From the human T2T-CHM13v2.0 reference genome, Homo sapiens, in the NCBI RefSeq assembly GCF_009914755.1, contig NC_060933.1: a stretch of 64,000 nucleotides of DNA; one strand, 5' to 3'. A program made the translations under genes and the position numbers. Below the pieces are notes generated by a model. That model was not told the origin of the DNA. It did no database searches and was given only the letters and a program-made list of their open reading frames with translations. Shown in pieces: positions 58,198 to 64,000 of this stretch; the stretch's first letter is position 1, and each line of letters begins with the position of its first letter.

Positions 58198-58228
<31 letters not shown>

Positions 58229-58243
58229 TGTGCGCGCACATGT
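58198..58243. repeat. (CG)7(TG)n alternating purine-pyrimidine tract, Z-DNA prone
   Basis: 46 bp of uninterrupted alternation. Confidence 0.95.
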
Positions 58244-60039
58244 CACATAAATACAGCATGGATTCTTCATCTTTCCACTATTTGATATGCAGAATTTATG
58301 TAATGTGGATGTTCATATTAACTCTTGATTCTAGACATAGGGGAGCTCATAAATGAGTCAAAGAAAAATATCCTTAGTACCAGAATGTTGGGAGGGTCAA
58401 ACCCATGTGAGGCTTTTCTGGAGCTCTTATATAATGCAAAATGCCCACAGTCCAGAAGACAAGGTTATTAGGTGAGGACTCAGAAGACAAAAACACATGT
58501 GAATTAGAGGCAAATATTACAGTGACAGATTGCTCCTCCTATCTTTCCTATAAATACCACTTCTCATGGGATATGTGTTGCTATGGTGATGGAGGTAGGG
58601 TGATCACTGAACCTAGAGGGTAATAGGAAATGTTACTGTAGGCTATAGCTTCTCTACTTTCCTGCCATGCCTCCTTTACCTCTTCCCTTCTCAGCCACAC
58701 AGCCTACCAAGCTTTCTACCTTAAAGCCACTGCAATCTCTTCTCCGCACATTTCTACCTAGTCGTCACTTCCAGTTGCTCCTTTTTTGATTGGTCCCTTT
58801 CAGGGTGAGAGCTTCTTAGGATCACCTCCAGATTTCCGATTTAACTTCTCTCCCTGTGAAAATCATGTACTGCAGGCCTAAGGCAAAGGAGGCACCCAGG
58901 CTTCTGGGATACTAACCCTGCTACGACTTCTGAGCACTCAGGTCTCTAATTTCCAAAAGAGAAAGCTGGACACCTTATAAAAATATCCTCTTCTGTAAAA
59001 TTCTCTCATTGGATTAGAGCTCAATCTGATACTTTAGAAGAATATACTTTCTTTGTCACTAAATGAGGAGCTCAGTGGTCCCTATCTATGTTGAGTTCCA
59101 CATGAATTCACCTGCATGAGACAGAGGTTGGGACTGGAAATTGGCTGTAGGCTCAGCAAGGAAGGACAGTGTGATGTGGCTGCTTAGTAAGTCTGCAGCA
59201 TCTGGTTGGTCTTGGTAAAAGGGAAGAGCTCTAATGTGTGGGAGGGCCTGGGACCCCCTTCCACCCTGTGCCGGTCAGCCCATCAGTTGGATCATCACAC
59301 CCACAATTACAAGTCTCTGCTTTATGGAAGACAGATAGCCTGAGTCCACAATGGGAAGAGAAACAGGGCAGATGAAGGGTCAGACATGTAACCAATGTGA
59401 AGAAACTGGGAATTTGTGGCTTGTAGGAGAAAAGCCATTTGAGGTTCCATAACAGCTGCCTCCATTTATCTGAAAGGTGGTCATTTGGAAATGAGATCAA
59501 CTACATTCTATGTGAAAACTAAAACCAATGGCTAGAGATAATAGGAAATTAATTTTGGCTCAAAATTAAGTGCACCTTCTCTAAAAAATAGAACTGGCTC
59601 TCAGTGGATGGGGCTGCCCCATGAAGAAAAGACCCCCCTACACACACACACCAGGTAGGAGCATTCAAACAGAGGTCCGATGTCAAACCATTAAGAGGTT
59701 GGCCTAAGAGATTCCAACTTCCAGGGCCCAAACCTGATGACTTCTGAAGGCCTTCTCAATTTCTGAATTTTGATGCCAAAAGAGAGTCCAGAACCTAATT
59801 CCAAAGAGCATCCTCTCCCCCGCCTCCCTTTCCATCCCCAGCACACTAATTTTCCCTCCTTTGGTGCCGGTGGGAAGCAGGACTCCATGAGCGCTGGTAA
59901 GTGAGACAAGGCTCTGCCCAGCCCTCTCAGCATGCTTGGCAATTAGCTGGACTCCAGCCTTCCAGGACTTACAAGCTCTCAGCAGGTCGTGCTACTCCAC
60001 TAGTGCTTATTTAGAACCCAGGGAAGGAGGCAGCCACAG

Positions 60040-60490
60040 GTAGCAGGAGCTTAATTCTGAACCAGTGCTAACCAAACATTAACATTTGCATTTAAAAACA
60101 AGAGAAGGAAAAAGAACGATAAAAACTCTACTCAATTAAAGCTGTTTGCAAATGCAAATATGCCTGACACCAGAGAGAAAGGGACTCCAGAGCGGCCACC
60201 CCTCTCTGCTGACATTTGTGACCAGACAGAAAAGGGGAGTGTATACATGTTCTGGGAGAAGGAAATGGGATGGATTGGGGGGTGGAGGATGAGGAGGGAC
60301 AGAAAGATAATTTTGTTCTATACCATGAAACCTATAATTTCCCTCTGACATGAAAATTAGCTCTGTAGCTAATTAGCTTTCTAATATCATTTGCTGCCAC
60401 AGAAGGGATACAAGTTTATGAATTTATGAAGCTACCTGGAAAAGAAAAAAGAACTGCAAGTTTGCAAGAGGGGATTAGCTGATTGAAATC
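60040..60490. promoter_or_regulatory. POU/homeodomain motif cluster (candidate developmental enhancer)
   Basis: ATTTGCAT 60084-60091, ATGCAAAT 60152-60159, AGCTAATTAGCT 60367-60378, TTTATG twice (60415, 60423), GGATTA 60472. Confidence 0.35.
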
Positions 60491-60979
60491 ACTGAGGCCA
60501 TTTCAGGGGATCAGGCCTGTGGCTGCCTTTGTGCCCTGAAGCATCCCTCAGACAGAGGCCTGGTGCTGTGTCCACACAACCTCTCCCCTGTGGCACCTCC
60601 TGGCTTCCCTGAGGAGGCTCCTGTCTTTGCAAAGTCCTACTGGAAAGTGTCTCCTCATACTGCACTGGACTGTGTCCTCTGAAGCTCCTGTGGCTGGTCC
60701 TTATTGTGTCTCTTGAGTGGCAGAGCTCACTTTCCCTCCCCCTGCCCAGAACAAGCCTTCTGTGGCTTGAAGGCATCTACAGATGAGGCTGTGAGTCTGC
60801 TTGGCAGCTGGCCTGCTTACCCCATCAAACATCTTCCCCTCTCTTCTCTGAGTGGCTCCAGGCTTTTTGCCCTTCCTATCAAGTTCACTGTGATTCACTT
60901 TGGTCAAGAGCCTTCCAGAAGCTTCTGGAACTCAGCCAGGCCATGGGTGGTTTCTCTTATTTTTATTTTCTTTAAAATA

Positions 60980-61210
60980 TAATCATAGCTTATGTTAGCT
61001 TATGTTTACAGATCACATATTATGTGCCAAACATGTCATGTGCTTTATTTCATTTAACCATCATAGGAACTCCAGGAGTTAGATGTTAGATTATCATTCC
61101 CACTTAACAGATGAGAAAACTGAGGCTCAGAGAGGTTGCAGGTGTGGTAAGTTATACAGCCAGGATTTTGAACTCAGGTCTGTCATTTGTTATCAAAACC
61201 ACTACCTCAC
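60980..61210 (-). mobile_element. MIR
   Basis: cccacttaacagatgagaaaactgaggctcagagaggtt..ggattttgaactcaggtctgtc. Confidence 0.85.
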
Positions 61211-62058
61211 CCATGCAGGGCCTTTTGCAACTCATTACGATTACTTTCATTGATTTTGTGCTTTGCCTAATCCTCAGGATACAGGCGAGGAATATGATCC
61301 TCACAGTGGTTGAGTGACCTGCCCCTTGTCCACAGCTGGCCATCAGTGGGTCTGGGGTTGGAACACAAACTCTGTTCCATGTTTTCTGTGCCTCAGCACA
61401 TTAACATACACCTGCTAAATATTTTGTCCTAAAATTGTTTTCTTTGGATTAAAAAAGTCTCAAGATAATTATGACTTCCATTAAATACAACCAAAAAGTT
61501 TAACACATGAGATTAACACAGAGCAGATTTTGAATTCTTGCCTGTAATTAAATCCATTTTTAAGGACACTTCCCAGGGGCTCCTAAACGTAATGTAATTG
61601 TACTCCATGGCTTCCTCCATGCAGATAGATATCAGCTCGTGGCTACATGTAACTACAGCTTTGGGTCCAGACCATCACCATCCAGGCCCCGAGTCTTCAA
61701 AGAAGCCCAAGGGGCCACAGAGCCCTGCCCAGCTCACTGTCCAAACAAAGTATTCTCCTGCCCCGTCTCCTGCTCCCCGCTCGCCAGTACCTGCCAGCTT
61801 AAGGGTGGATTTGTGCAGTGACTACAACTCCCACATTGAGCCCTAAGTTCTCAGATCTGTTATCTCTTGGGCTGGGGTCCACTGTGGTTCCTCTTTGGCC
61901 TCTCCAACCAGGACAGGGCCCCGTACCACATGCTCCCTATAATCTGACCCTGACATTTCCCAACTTTCCTGATGGCCACAGTTTGTAATACCTCAACCCC
62001 AAATAAACACTTTAAAAATAGAGAATAATAAACACTTTAAAAATAAAGAATAATGTCA

Positions 62059-62080
62059 GAGCGAGACTCCGTCTCAAAAA
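62059..62080 (+). mobile_element. Extremely 5'-truncated Alu (22 nt) with a 14-bp TSD
   Basis: gagcgagactccgtctcaaaaa is the Alu 3' terminus; aaagaataatgtca at 62045-62058 and 62081-62094. Confidence 0.9.
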
Positions 62081-63214
62081 AAAGAATAATGTCATCCATT
62101 TATCTAGTGAAATTCACAATACATCAAGCCCCCATTCAGTACAAATGGCCCTTCAGTAGAAGTCATCAATTAAGCTGAATTTTAAAAAATATCTGTATCA
62201 TTATCATCCTCTTTCTAAATACTGTTAGGAATTACTGGTCCTTAAATGATTACATTCACTAATTGTAATAAATTTATTTTGGGATGTCTTAGAAAACAAA
62301 CTTGAAGATGAATAAAGCAATGCTCCTTAATACTGAAATTGCTAAACTTCTCATGGAATATAAAAAGCAAATTACTTTTAAAACATACTCTTCCAGGTTA
62401 TGTAGCTTAGGGGACTGATTGCAACTCTTATGTGGCTAGTTTTTTTAAAAGTTTGTGATATCCAATAATAGTACTCTTAAAGAGTAATTAACATCTTCAG
62501 AATAGGATTCATGAATATTACTCACTGCAGCTTATGGAATCCAAACAAAAGCACAGCCAAGAGCCCAAGGCATGGTTGATATGCAGGAAATAGCCAGACC
62601 AGGCTGTTTGGTCAGCAGCCTCAACGCTCCAACTGGAGACTGGAATGGGACTCAAAGGGGCCTGGGATTACGCTTCCCAAAACATGCCAAAGACGGTCAT
62701 CTGGCTCAAGAAATCTGGAAATTCAATTTCTTCATTCCCAATAATGCCCTTAAAAAAAGTCAGCTTTAATAAGTATCAAGAGTGTATCCAGTTTTGATGC
62801 TCTCCTGCGTACTTAAAAATATTACATACCAACCTTCTGTTTTCATATAATCTCCATTACATAGTTGGGCTTTGCCCACATTCTGGTAATGATGTCTGTC
62901 TTTCAAAATTTGCTTTTCTCACAAATAAAGAAAAGAGTCCCTGTTCTCCAGGCAGCCTCTCCTTTTACCTCCTAGCTAGGCTCAACCCCGCCATTCCCTT
63001 CCTTAGTCCTTTGAAACTGGGTCTCACCTGAGGTGGATTTGCTGCCCTGTTCTTTTGGTGAGTTCTGCATGTACCTCTCATCTGCCTCCTCATTTCCTCT
63101 GTGGACTTCGCATTAAGATGACACCTTTGAGGCTGTTCTGGCAGCCTATCCTCAGAAAGACCTCCTTGGGTCCGGCTGCTTCCGGAGATATGAAAGCGGA
63201 ATTGGGTGGGAAGG

Positions 63215-63945
63215 ATGGTTTTAGGAAACTTGAATGCAAATCATATGCAAATGATACTGCTAACAAGCTGTGTGACCCGAGGAAAATCACACAGCATCTC
63301 TGAATCTTTATTTTGGTGATTTGTAAAGGGGAGATTCTCACCCCAACTCCCCTCATTTGGAGCAAGATGGTCATGAAATGACGAAAGCAAAGGAGCTCTG
63401 TAAACCACAAAGAGCTGTCCAGAGGTCAACAGATGTTATTTATTCTCCTAGCAACATCACTGCTTTCATCTGGGCAGCTGTTAGCAGCTGCATTATTCTT
63501 CCCCCCACAGGTCCCAGCATTCCCATCTCTCCTGTCATCCTACTCCAGGAGGGCCCATCCCAGTGACCCCAGTTTCAGTTTCACAGAAGGTGCAGCTGGG
63601 TCCTTTTCCTCTGCAGCTGAAGCACTCAGTTTGCCAGAAGCCTGCCCCTCAGATAACTTCTTAAAATGCCGTTAAAGCATGCCAAACTTCCTCTCAGTTC
63701 CTGAAGCAAAACACAAGCAGCTGGCAAGTGGTTAACCCAAGCCACCCTCACCACCGCACCATCACACATATCTGGGGACAACAAAACGATGCTAACAGGG
63801 CATAAGCTTTGAGGTGTGATGGGCCTGGATTTGAATCCTGCCCTCAACCATTACCAGCAGTGTGATCTTGGGCAAGTCTCTTAACTTCTGTGAGCCTCAA
63901 TTTTCTCATCTATAAAATGGAAACAATAATACCTCACAGGGGCAC
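63215..63945 (+). mobile_element. Two MIR elements (about 63215-63410 and 63800-63945)
   Basis: agctgtgtgacc..catctctga; tgtgatcttgggcaagtctcttaacttctgtgagcctcaattttctcatctataaaatgg. Confidence 0.85.
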
Positions 63946-64000
63946 TTGGTAGATGATGATCATTATGATGATGATAATAATATGACAGAAATGCGGGGAG

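Noticed and set aside
62976-63057. Possible + strand exon (cctag|..TTG|gtgagt)
   Set aside because: Several competing AGs and no other support; too weak to list as a feature.

Overview
This is primate (most likely human or great-ape) nuclear DNA. AluJ/S/Y, L1PA/L1M, L2, MIR, MaLR LTRs (MLT1/MST) and DNA-transposon MITEs (MER5A, MER104, half MADE1) cover a large part of the window, and there is no CpG island. I recognise no protein-coding gene: the longer ORFs are Alu, L1 or simple-repeat read-throughs, or are unrecognisable. I cannot name the locus. The unique blocks between repeats contain several short segments with good splice sites (+ strand 7498-7724, 22724-22932, 44069-44135, 56526-?; - strand 35463-35539 and 34703-34743, which would join into one short helical ORF) and several transcription-factor motif clusters that look like enhancers. 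The best-supported unusual structures are mutational scars visible directly in the sequence: an 85-bp inverted templated insertion inside an L1MA, a 22-nt young Alu remnant with a perfect 14-bp TSD, an L1 5'-end-only insertion with an apparent TSD, a fold-back array at the window start, and an interleaved A-B-A'-B' inverted repeat. I see no convincing evidence of a wholly new biological system. The exon, smORF and recursive-splicing ideas are hypotheses. Repeat subfamily calls come from recalled consensus sequences, and repeat boundaries are approximate.
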